From Raillietiella orientalis (Eukaryota), in contig JAYWIR010000020.1 in assembly GCA_036172245.1 (NCBI GenBank), positions 806,001 to 870,000 of the forward strand: a stretch of 64,000 nucleotides of DNA, read 5' to 3'. Within the stretch, counting starts at the first letter, position 1. The number at the start of each line of letters is the position of its first letter. The translations under genes and the position numbers were made by a program. Of this stretch, positions 40,758-52,560 are shown in pieces. The notes beneath the pieces were generated by a model. That model was not told the origin of the DNA, did not search any database, and saw nothing but the letters and a program-made list of their open reading frames with translations.

Positions 40758-42479
40758 TCAGATATTATATCTTTTGAATCAAATGAAAACTCTGAACTGA
40801 AATACACCAAAACTTTATAGAAAAGATAAATAACACTATGTTTTCAGGCAAATCTTAAAAACATTATGAATACGCTTCTCAATTTGGAACTGCAAACAGA
40901 TTCCACAATTTGTTGTTTCAAAAATATCTTGCCTAGAAAGATACTTTCAATTTCCAAATTAAAATTTTTCGATTTTAACTTGCGATGGGAATCAAGGAAC
41001 AACATAACAAATCATGGAATGATCTACACGAGAAACAAACTTCATGCCATGAAAATTAAATACACAAGTAAAGCAAATGATACCATATGCCACTCATTCT
41101 TCAATCCTTAGCAGTTTCCAGTAAATGGCATTACCCCAACATATTATCAAACAAATACGTTAAATGCATTTATACAGACATCTTTCAGAACAAAACACAG
41201 CAAATTTTGACGGTACTTCAATGTATTAAGTAAATACTATTCAACCATACTTGTAAACGTCAGCGGATATGACGATACATATAAACAAATCTTTCAAGTG
41301 ATCTGACGAAAATTTACTGTACGCCGGATGACTGTACGTTTTACTCACAAGCCTATGCCCCGTTTGCAAGCCAGTGTATATGATTTTGGGGCATTCGATT
41401 TATTCTAGTAGAATCAGTATTTCGAGAGAATCGAAATTTAATTTGTATTTTTATGGCATTTTTTCCCCATTAACTAGTAAACTTGTTTATGTGAAAATTC
41501 CGTACATTATGTATGCAAGAGCTTGGTTTGGTTTTCAGTACTAAACCAGTGGGAAAAGTCGGCAGGGCAAATTTACATTACAGTGTGTATATTTATTTAA
41601 TTATCTCGTACTCAAGGAAGCTTAATAAAAATTCATTAAAAAAATGTGAAGCAAAGGGAATCATTCAGATTTTCGGGTGTGTGTGTTAGATTTGGTTTCT
41701 GAATCTGTTGCAACTGAATGTTTTTTTTTTTTTTTTTTTTTTAGCATGTGTAGTTTTCGGCCTCAGGACACACACACAAAAAAAATAGGAACCTCCGTTC
41801 CTATAAAAAAGATAAGCATAAACTTGACACTGAAACGTAAGGATACTTTTTCTTCCTCATTGTCCTGGCATTTCTGGTGTCGGTAAAACATTTTAAAAGT
41901 AACAGATTAAAATTCATTTGCAGCTGTAATCTTTCATTGACTGGTGACCTCTGTTTATATGAGTAGTTGACACTGCTGGCTATATAAAAGAAAAAACATT
42001 GCGGAAACCTCAAGATGCAATCGGCTGATGAAAACTTTGAAGAAAAAACGATTAATGTCGATCACGGAATTTTAGAAATCAAATAATACAAAGTCCAAAA
42101 CAGGCAATGGATTAGCGAAATGTGATCGATTTTAGTTATTCCTTCATTTCTGGAGGAGGGGGGGGGGATTCCAGAAATCGAAATTTTCAGCATCTCCATT
42201 ACCACCTTTTTAAAACGACACTGCGAAGCAACGTGCATTTGTCATCGTGTGTATGTGTTTCTTAAAGATGCTTAAACAAAAACAACAACTTCTTAGATGT
42301 TAGATATTTGACGATGTAGGTATTTCTTTTTATCCCTCCTTTTATAAAACAAAAAACAGGACAGCAATTTTGGAGCGTAAAAGCTTTTTAATAGACAGTA
42401 TCCGTTCATTGAAAACACTTAAAGTTTCATAAAGCTGTAGATGTCATGATTTGGACCAGAAATGAATTTCAAATCAGAA

Positions 42480-42830
42480 CTTCGGATTTTGAACCATTCA
42501 CACTGGCTCAATTTTTTCTCCATGTTTTTGGAAATGATTTTCTATATCTTGCATATTCTCAGGGCCTACAATCAATATCATCAATTCCACAATTGAATGT
42601 TCTTAGCATTTCTCTCTCCTCTGTATTTTGCCCTCTTTTGCCAGCCACAAAAACATATCCAGCCATTTCCAAGAATCAATGTCTATATCCACAAAAAAAA
42701 TCCTTTGGAAGATTCGTGATATACTGTCTACCAAACCACCACCTGTGATGTGAGCATAACCTTTTACCTTCGGAAAAATAGGTAATAAGGAATCAAAATA
42801 AAACCGGTGAATGCAAAAGCAGATGCTCAA
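42480..42830 (-). pseudogene. GART: Frameshifted fragment of an AIR synthetase (PurM/AIRS) domain, most likely from trifunctional GART
   Basis: FYFDSLLPIFPKVKGYAHITGGGLVDSISRIF...DSWKWLDMFLWLAKEGKI, frameshift, MLRTFNCGI, frameshift, ILIVGPENMQDIENHFQKHGEK, then stops. AHITGGGL and MxRTFNCG are AIRS signatures. Confidence 0.8.
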
Positions 42831-43221
42831 CCAGATTCCCAGCTAGCTACAGATTCATTTGATCTCACTTGATCCTTATTCATGCATCAATAAGAAATAT
42901 ATATATATGTATATATATATAACAATGCTTCAATAGCTATGATGTCAAAGAAATTTCATTTCCAATTTTTTGCCCTAAATGAAAGCAAAACTTGATGCTT
43001 AAATCTCAGTCGATAGCAATGTGTCCTTAAATTTCCGTTTCAATATCAGAATAAGAGTAAACTGACTGTAACTCAGATAACGGTTTTCGACGTCTTTAAT
43101 TAAGAAGACACTCTTTTATGAAGATATACATCTATGTTATAGTTTGGAAAAAACAGCACTTTGAGGAAGAGCATGCGAATGAAACCATCGAAATTGTTTG
43201 GCATGCCATTGGTTTTTAAAT

Positions 43222-43369
43222 CCTTTTTAATACCTTATTGCTTTCCTTTTGCTTCTGAAACAGTAGCTAAGCAAGTGGCTTAAAATAAAAAAACTTTACT
43301 TTCTAATGTAAACTTCACTTTTTTGTACGTTTTTGTGTAGACAGCCGTCAGGAGAAGTCTTGAATTTTT
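43222..43369 (+). repeat. Left arm of an identical 148-bp inverted repeat (partner 46148-46295)
   Basis: Exact reverse complement of 46148-46295 on base-by-base comparison. Confidence 0.95.
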
Positions 43370-45549
43370 TTCAATCAAATTTCGTCCTCCATAATAACTA
43401 TAAGGAAACTGTAGGACACGATTGTTTCTCTTCGAAAGGATTCCCAAGAACTTGTTTCTACTGCGGCGTTTGCCAGAAATGCTTGCAGTCCTGAGATGAA
43501 CTGACAATATTCACCAGCATTTCACAGCAAAAATCACTCAATGCTTTGAAGAGTTTTGCTATCACAATTTACCATATTCAAAGCTTTTTTAAGTTTAAAG
43601 AAATAGGCACAGAACAAAATATTCAAGTGAGCTTGAATGCATTCCAAACATTTCCGAGAAGCCTTTCGAAAAGCCAGGGGAAAAAAAAAACAATGTTATC
43701 AACTAAAGGAAGCAGATGAGCTCGATGAGGCTGATTTGAATATTTTAGTGTGCAAGTTATACACAAAACGGTCCTGTATTTGCTCGAAAGATGAACTTGG
43801 AAAGCGTTCTGTCTTTTCAAAGTCAAGGCAAGATGTGCTCTGCTATTTAATTGCAAGTACCAATCAGATAATCAGCTTTGGTGCATGTTTCAGTGTTGTA
43901 CCACGGACTGTTGCTTCACGTACACAAATGCATCTTCTAATATCTGTAGTCTTCAGCGCTTAAAGGGGTTTTCCTCCGTCACACAGCCCTATGAAAATTC
44001 ATGTATATTAGGATTAGACAAAGATGGCACAAAATGGCTTACCCTGCTCGTGCACAGCAAAATTTTCCAATCTTCTGGATTTGACAGCCTGGTTTTCTCG
44101 AGACTCCGATGTTTGTCGTAACCTGCTGACCTGACTTGGTTTTTCTACAGAAGTAATCGTCAAGAACGGAGCGATTCTAAATCAAGAATGTTCAATTGCT
44201 AGATCCTTTGGATTTCCCCCACTACTCTGAATGCTTAGTGCAAACATTTTTTGAAAGGAGAACATCAAAAATGCTTTTTCAGATAGAGGGGGTTATCTTG
44301 TTACTGGTATGATCTTTGATGCTGCTACTGATATCGGAGGCCAGAGACCATGATAGAGAGACCGAGCTTTGAGAGTTGATCATATCACAATATGTTTCTT
44401 TTTCTTCTTGAGACTGCAATGCTTTCTCAAAATCGCGCAGATCCTTTAGGCTCACCTGGAATGGGGAAAGGCAAAAAAATTAGTAATCGAAAATAATTTC
44501 ATTAAGAGTTTGTTCGTGATGAAACGCATCACATCATAATCGTCGCGAGAGGATCAGCACGATTTTAACACAGGAATTTTCTTTAAGACAATTTGAATAT
44601 TTAGGAAAATTCTCACGTATTTCGAGGTCAAAAAAAATTGAGAGTCGATGTCGATAATCAAATGATCTCAAATAGAAACGACAGCCTTTCTTCCTCTGAA
44701 TTTGTTATTTTATGGGTGATATATAGTTTGAAACTCTATGTTTTTTTAAAATGATGTGTTCCAATGAGACTCCGTTCGGAAGTCTGAGAACAACTGTAGA
44801 TGCAAACAGAAAAACTGTTATGTGTGTGTGTGTGTTTTTGGCAATTTTTCTTCTTCAAAGACGATCCTTTCCGCATGATGGGATAAAAGCTTTTGCTAGA
44901 AAGCGCACTGAGAGCTCGCTGATTTATCTTCAAAATCTCACGAAGCACGTCGGTAGGCATATCGGCAATTGTAAGCAATTCTAACTGAATTTTTCGATGA
45001 ATTGCATCCTCTACCACTTAAAGATATTATCTACAATTATCTGATTGTAGATGGAATGCTGCATATGTGTCAATAGTAAGTAAGAGAGGCGTTATTTTTA
45101 AACAAACCAAAGAGTAAGGGACTTGCGTACAGTAAATGCACATTTCCTGGTTATCGGCTGTTGTACTCACGGAGCAATCGATCGGTACATAGGCACCAAC
45201 TATTGCTGAACATGTGCAAATGATTTATGGTAGTTAATACCAGTTAAATAAAATGGAAGAACCAGTTGCATAAATTCTCGTTCGATAATGTATGCAAAAC
45301 CGCTTCCCACTTTCTGGTGATGCTGTGGATGATATGCATGCTGATTCGTTCCGTGAGAACGCGCGCCATTGTGATGAGTAGAAGTAGGATTGGCACCTGA
45401 CCACTTGGAGCGAAGGAATTTGAGGAAAGAATTTTCTAGGTAAGCATGAAGAAATCGAAGGAAAGCTCTTTACTTCAGGAGCAGATTGTTGTTGGAGCAA
45501 TGCATCTCGTTCGTTCACTGGATACCAACCAGAAAAAAGCGCTCAAAGA

Positions 45550-46130
45550 CCAGAGAGAGTACGCTTGACGAGTGATTGCAAGAGTTCCCTATTTTCTGAT
45601 GCCGCCCCTTTTGAATTACGAATCGCAAGAAGCAATCTCGCTTCGACGGGAGCGCCTCCATTCTCCTCATCAGGAGACTTCCTCGACCACGGCGTTTCAA
45701 ACTCCACCCCAAAAAGGTGAGCGAGGAGCGGTGTACTCTTCTTCCTCAAGAATGAAGAAAATCTCATGGAACAGCAGAGAGAGGAAAGATCCGTCAAGGT
45801 CTGTAGCACGGGAAAGTTTCAAAATCGCCAGAGTCTGGTCGTGGATCAGGAGGAGACCACTTTTGACACTTGTAAGTCAGTTGTACAGAAGTACAATGAG
45901 GCAATCAGCAAGGTTGGTCAGTCGGCAACGCACAGGAGCTCAAGGCATTTCTTGAATCCCCTAAAAGCAAGGAAGAATGTTTCGAAATAAATTGCTTGTG
46001 AGATGAATAGAAACAGGATAAAAACAGGATCGCACTTCCTGTGGCGCCGCACTAGTAGGTTTAGCGGAAGTTGGTACACTTTCCGATCAGCTATCAGAAC
46101 TCTGAGACTACTGGAGACCAACTGAGCTCG
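45550..46130 (+). mobile_element. Decayed RTE-clade LINE, 3' end of RT
   Basis: SRMKKISWNSRE resembles the RTE C-terminal RRxLxISW motif; followed by VVQKYNEAISKVG; frameshifted. Confidence 0.45.
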
Positions 46131-46147
46131 GCAGCTCAAGACTTCTC

Positions 46148-46295
46148 AAAAATTCAAGACTTCTCCTGACGGCTGTCTACACAAAAACGTACAAAAAAGT
46201 GAAGTTTACATTAGAAAGTAAAGTTTTTTTATTTTAAGCCACTTGCTTAGCTACTGTTTCAGAAGCAAAAGGAAAGCAATAAGGTATTAAAAAGG
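46148..46295 (-). repeat. Right arm of the identical 148-bp inverted repeat
   Basis: Exact reverse complement of 43222-43369. Confidence 0.95.
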
Positions 46296-46399
46296 TCTCT
46301 AGTACCCACTCTGCCACCTCGAAGGCAGCTCCTGGACTTCTTTGTTTCTCGAATAAAAAAAAAAAAAGTGCCATGGAGACAGTAAATGAGAAAATCCCT

Positions 46400-48800
46400 T
46401 GAGTAGCAGGATGAGCAGGGAACATGCGCCCGGTGTGCACGTGTGATAAGACCAGGCTCGTGATACTCCGATGCTGTAGTAGCAGTTCCTTCAGCATCGG
46501 TGACATCAGCTGCGAGTGGGCGGCGTAGAAGGGAGGAAGACCGTCTTGGGAAAAGGAACCCTCAAGGGGAAAACGAAGCAACGCAAATCTTTTTCCTTTT
46601 CCTCTCCTTTTTTTTGTTCATCCTCTTCTTCGAATGGACGCCTTCCGGAGGGGGCAGGTAGCAGGAGTGGGACGCCCGTTCCGATCATGCTCGGGCCCGG
46701 CGTGGCGAGCTAGAGAGCTCCTCCTGGAGGTTCCCGGAGAGGGGACTTTCTCCGGCCCCTCCACTCGTTCTATCCTCCGGGATCCGCTCCTCTTCCCGAG
46801 ACTGATGAAAGAGAGGATCCAGGAGTTCCTCAAGAACTGAGCTGCCGCATCTCCGAGTAGCGGCAGCTCAGAGATTATGGGATTGAGACCACCTCGCTGC
46901 AGAGGGAGAGAGCGGCGAAGCAGTCCCATCCGACTACCAAGGATCTTTCTGGACCAAGTCCAGTAACACCTCCATCCTTATCTCCGCAAGCAGGCGGGTC
47001 ATTCCATGACCCTTCGACATCTTTTCCACTTGGATCGTGGGCGCCCGTCCGGTGACAGACATCTGTGTGTCACTTCTTGGTCGCGGCTGCTGGCACATCC
47101 TCAGGTGCTTCCGAGCTGCGGACAGAATGAAGATGGCTCTTGAATTCCGCGTCAGTGGTTCCTGTAGCTGCATCTCGGGATGGGGAGAGAGAGAGGAAAA
47201 CCCGAAAGGCCTCCCTAGGGAGCGTGGTCAAGTGCGAAGCGCGTGGAGTGACCTCCTCTCTGTAGTCTCGGTGTCCGCCTTCCTCTGCCCGCGGCAATGA
47301 TGCAGCGCTTGAGGTAGCTTCGGAGGAGGATCCTCTACCTTAAGGGCATAGAAGAGAGGGAAGAGAGTAGGGAGTAGGACGAGGGGGAGGGAGGAACTCC
47401 CCCTGTCCCCCCTCCTGCTCTCCACCTCTTTCCCGGCGGCACGCGCTCATCCCTCTTGCCCCCACGGCAGCGGGCGCGCGCATGGAACTATCGATCACGC
47501 GCGTGCCCGGCGCACCACGGTGGTGCGGGTCCCATAGACGCGCGGACTTGGTGGCGGGGCGAGGGACGGGTCGTGCACGTGCCCTCCAAAGAGCTCTCTC
47601 TCAGAGAGAGAGATAGAGAGGGGTGGGCAGACAGCTTGCCGCCGCGCGCTCACATGGCGGGAACGCCCTCTCGTGGTTGTGGTAGCGAATGGGGAAGCAG
47701 GTTCATCTGGGACCTCGATAGAGCGGCGGGCACGAGGGAAGGGTCGGCAGGAAGAAGGAAGAATGGACCGCAGTGTGGATCGGAGCTGCCGCATCCCCTT
47801 CTCCCTCAAGGTCAAGGATCCTTCTCAGAGACGCTCCCGGTCCCGAGCCGCAGTGGGTTCGCGGCCCTACAAAGGACGCCTCACAGGGATGTCGTCAGGG
47901 CCAGAGAGCTCGAAGCGCCCTTTCCTCCTCCGGGAAGGAGGAACGGCGGACCCCAACCACCTTCCCCGCTTCGCCCCCACCGCGCGTGGGCGGATCCACT
48001 CAATGAAAAAAAGGGAAAGGCCACGCTTCTCGCAGTCCCTGGGTCCGAGGCCCTCGAGGGAGGATCCCTAGAGGGAAGGATCCGGGTCGAGGAAGAGCGA
48101 CGAGGAAAGGGAAAGGCAGGGTCCCCCGGGGTCGCCCCTTCGGGCCCCGGCAGAAAGTTTGTCCCGGCTGGGACCCTGCCAAGTGCCGCCTTCCCTCCAC
48201 CGGGGAGGCAGGATGGCTCAGTGCCCCATGGGGGACTCCGGTCCGAGAGGAAGCTCCTCGGGGAGCTCCTCATCCCCGCGTGGATCTTGTCGCCACCCTC
48301 AGGAGGCGAAAAGTGAGCCGGATGCCCTGAGGAGCACAAATCGGTGGGTCCTTTAGGGAGGCTGCAGGGACAAAAAGTCCAAGGGAGGACGCGCATCCCT
48401 TTCCCTCGTCTTAGGCAGTGACGGAGTCCGTGGCCGAGGAAGAAGAGGGAGGAGCGACGGACAGTAGCGAAGCTCCCTCTCTTGGCCGACCCGGGGTAGC
48501 TCTCCAAGTTCAGCCTGGAAAGCAGCTGCCCAAAAGGGGTCGGTGAGCCCACCAGACCATCCCCTAGCCGGAAGAAGAGTTTCGCCATGACCGGCAGACA
48601 GGACGAAGAAGGACGAATATCCGCTTCTCCTGTTATCCCATCAGGGCCCTTCATGAGCGAGTTTCTCTGTCTCTCCGTTTCAAGGAACAAGAGGGACCGC
48701 GGTCGGACGCCCGGCAGCCTTGGGAAGCGAGGTGGGTGACGCTGGGGTGGGTGCAGGCCACTTTGTTGGTGTTCTCCACCCCACTGTCCCACGGCAGCGG
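46400..48800 (-). mobile_element. Decayed GC-rich non-LTR retrotransposon (R1/LOA-like): ORF1 zinc-knuckle remnants and ORF2 linker
   Basis: FLGHGLRHC and DLCSSGHPAHFS resemble degenerate CCHC knuckles (~48300-48450); LLAEIR...LLDLVQKDPW followed by MGLLR (~46920-46990) resembles the R1 DPWG linker; no intact ORF. Confidence 0.4.
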
Positions 48801-50949
48801 TGTGAGGGACCGGAGGGGGAAATGGCTGCGCGTCCTTGCACTTTCTCGCTTTCTTCCTTCTCTGTTCTCATCCCCGGGGACGCCGAGGAGTCTTTCGGCT
48901 TCCAGAGTCCATCTCTTGAGGATGCGAGGAGGAGCGATGGGCTGCCCTGTGGAAGTCGTGACCCTCCTTCCCCACGGTTCCCGGGAAAAGTCCCTCCTTG
49001 CTTCCTCTCGGAGTCGTGCGTAAGCAGGGAGTCCTCACCTCTCGTCGTTCTTCGCTAGCGGTGGCGTTGATTGTTGGAGGGGCGGGTAGGAATGGACCCA
49101 TCGAAGGGGCATCCCTGAAGGGATTCCAAGACCGAGAGGCTGGGACTCGCTCGGAGGCGGAGACAACAGGCTGAGTGCAAGCTGTGAGGCTGGTGATGGT
49201 TGGTAGTCGAGATGAGGTCTAAAGGGGCTCGGACTGACGTGGGATGGGCCGACGCAGAATCTGAGATGGTGGTGGACCGTGAGGGGTAAGTCGCTCGGGT
49301 ACTCAGAGTCCAGGGAGCAAGAACAGATGATCCCGACGTCGACGCTGCAGCTTCTGGCAGGCTTGGAGCGGGAAGGCGAGGATTGGAGTGGATTGGGCGG
49401 GAAGAGAGCGGGAAGGGTGCACGGGAGTCACTTTGGAGGAACCCACCCGCAGTGACACGCAATGAAGTCCGCCGCAGCAGCCGCCACTTGCGGAAATCCG
49501 CGGGTCTGAGAGCCCCAGCGGCCACCGTCAAAGCAGCTCTTGGCGCGGTGTCGGTGCGCACTCGCGCGAAACGGGTGAACGATGGGCATTATGCTCTAGT
49601 GGTGAAGAACGGCACCAGGAGCTGCTCTCGCCGGTGACGTTTCCCACCTGCGCCTTCCGCGCGCGAGACTCTGCCTCTGCGATGGCGGCGCACCAGGACT
49701 TCTTTCTCCTCCCGTTCTTCGGAGTCCCGCCGTCTATTATTGCCCTCGGGGGAAGGACAGACCAGACACCTGCAAGAGATGAGGAGGAGGAAGAGGAAGA
49801 AGAAAAAAAAAGGAGTGAAGGCTGAAGGAGCGGGAAATCAGCAAGAGGAGGTAAAAAAATACACACACACACGCTGATGCTGGACGCATCCAAGCAAGGA
49901 GGCGGCTTTTCGTTTCTTTTTTCCTCGTGGAACATCGCAGCAACCACCACCACCAGCAGAAAAAAAAAAAAGAACGCATCGGCAGAAAATGAGCTGACCG
50001 AAGTGGTTTGGGCTTGCCTGGTTCGCCGTCCGAAGGATCCACCCGGAAGATCTAGGAAAAAAAAAAAAAAGATGCTGATAACGATAAGACAAAGCCCGAG
50101 GAATAAGGAGGAAAGAAGCTTAAATTCTCTCGGCAAGGAGAGGAGCGCAAATGGGGAGAAGAGAAAGGAAAAATATGGTTTGTAATAGATCCATCCTCAA
50201 AGACCCCACCACGACGCGCGCGCTGTCCCTGCTCTCCCTCCCCTTTGCCAGTAATTCAACGAAGCCGGATCGCTGGATGGGGGAAGAGCACGCGGCGATA
50301 CCGATGACGATGCTCTGGAGTTCGCAGCCTGCCGCGTAGTCACTGCCTCCTCTAGACCAAGGAGGAATCGTCAGCAGCTGCCACAGGATTCCTCCTCTCC
50401 CTCCTCCTCCTCCTCTTCCAAGAAGAAACTTCGTAAGAACCGCGAGAGAGAGATGACAGGAAAACGAACAGAAAGAGGAGGTCGTCGAGACGACGAGACC
50501 CAGTGGAAAGGCTCATCGTCGGCTGTGCCTCGCAAACCACGGGAAGACACTTACTCAAAAGGAAGGATCAAGAGCCTTTCTGTCGCCATCATCATCAGAG
50601 AGCAAAGTCAATGGCAAGTCAAAAGCGGGCCAATGATCCGGATCCTATCCCGCAGAGCGCAACCAGTCCTTGGGTTTCAATTCCGCCAGGTTTCGTTCCC
50701 TACTCGCAGTAGAACTTACTCAGCCACTGGCGAGTACTAACCCATTAGAAGGGAAAAGGGAATGCTCACAGGAAAACTTCCTTCAGTAGTGGTGTGCGTG
50801 CTGATTCCTGGGTGATCTTCCATAGAGATGATGGGCGCAGTGGGTTACACGATCCTCAGCCAAGGTGCTCCCACAAAAAAAAAAAAAACATCGAAGGATG
50901 AAAGATGCAGATGCGTCCAACAGCGTGCACTCCGACCGTCTATTGGACG

Positions 50950-52560
50950 CTGTTCAGAACGGATGTCGCTGTTCCCCATAACCGGAAAGAGTAGGAGTCC
51001 CTTGGGAACTCCGCCGTCACTCCATTCGACAAAGGAAGAAGAGAATCGTCGGGGAAGGGGGAAAACCGAACAGGATTTCCATTTCCTATTGCCGGAAAGT
51101 GAGGACGCTCATCTGAATACTTTGCCCAAACCGCAGTCTCGAGCCTCTTCGCACGATCGAGGCGGCTCACCTCCCATTCGCTTAGGTCTTCCACGTCTGG
51201 AGGGCTCTCAGCGTGGCCGCACAGCTACTTTTGCGCCCATTCGTGGGTGGATCCGAAAACTGATGCGTCTCCCTGAATAGAGAGAAGCAGGCGCATCTTT
51301 TCCAAGCGGTCGCTGTCATGCCCAGAAAGCTTTTGCGTGCTTTCACACCCTCACCTAACATCTGCCGCAGCCGAGTCTTTCTCTTCATCTTGAAGTCCGT
51401 GCTGAGATCAGGAAGTTCGATCGACCACTCCCCCAGTCTGCCAGTTGCATTTCCTTTCCCTGGATCGTGTGCTCTGGAGCTATCTAGATCCCTGCTCTCT
51501 TGAGAGTAGGTTCAATTCTCTGCTGGAGAATCCTCAGGCTGGCGCTTCCGATTTTGGCGTGTGCTTGTGGTGGTGGAATCTGGACGAAAATCGCTCATAG
51601 GACCTTGGCGCCCGAAGATCAAATGTTCGGAAAGGCTCTAAAAACGTCCATATAAATTAAGATTACTTTGCCCTTTACAATGGGGGAGTGTGTAAAAAGG
51701 AAGCGCTTTAAAAGATGTTATGTTTTCATCCTGCTTACCCTTGGGAGGTGCGCGTACTGGATGCTGTTTATCAACGTCTGCATCAGTGGGCTTCTGGATA
51801 ATCCCGAACTTATGCAGGGAGAGATGGCTATCACTATGGAATTTATGCGGCACCCCACGGGACGATCGAAACATTCCAGAAGCAATGAGTGTTTCCATCC
51901 TTCTGCTTCTAAGGAGGAGGAGAAGACTTCAAGATCATACTTTCGTTGATAGATTTGGAACGAGAAGCAGAGTTCACCAGAACCGGGTTCATCAAGCGTT
52001 TTCCATGGACCCGTGTTGTGTGTTCCGATCAAGAAGGAACGCCTAGTTTCCGAGTCTCCAAACCGGAGCAGGATTATGCAGTACACTAAGGACTTCTGCG
52101 CCCCCACTAATCCTTTCATCTCTCTCACACTCCCCCTCCCACCGACCTACGCTTTCTTTTCTTGGTCAGCCGGATTTTGCTCCAGATTTGAAGCTACAAG
52201 TCACTTGAATGAATTTCGCTTCACTTGGATCCCTGAATCCAGAATTGCAGGAGTCCCTGGATTTTTCCAGAGACCCTCATAGGAAGCTGGAAATTTCCAG
52301 ATTTCGGCAGCTCCTTTCCGCACTGCACAGGCCGCAAGAGGAACGATTCGATCGTTTCAGATTGGTCACCAGTCCTGTGTGATCCGAATCTTCGTACAAG
52401 AAGGGGGGGGGAGGGAATAAACTGATATGGAACAGGCGGAAAAGGAAGAGGAGGCTTTTCTTCTTCAGCCCAGAATTTTTCTCAAAACGGACCCAGGAAA
52501 AAATTGCGAAGAGGAACCGGCTGATTCCATCCCTGGTCGCTTGCAGCTTCAGAAGATACG
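50950..52560 (-). mobile_element. Decayed LINE(s) (CR1/L2/Jockey-like): APE end and RT fragments, possibly two nested copies
   Basis: SDHTGLVTNL (APE SDH motif, ~52380); SSGLSRSPLMQTLINSIQYAHLP (cf. SGVPQGSVLGPLLF...DLP); VILIYMDVFRAF (cf. YLDFSKAF); DWGVVDRTS*SQH (cf. DLGVxxDxxLxWxxH). Confidence 0.55.

Noticed and set aside
47456..48316. 286-aa + strand ORF
   Set aside because: Arg/Gly/Pro-rich product expected from stop-poor GC-rich DNA; the LINE traces are on the opposite strand.
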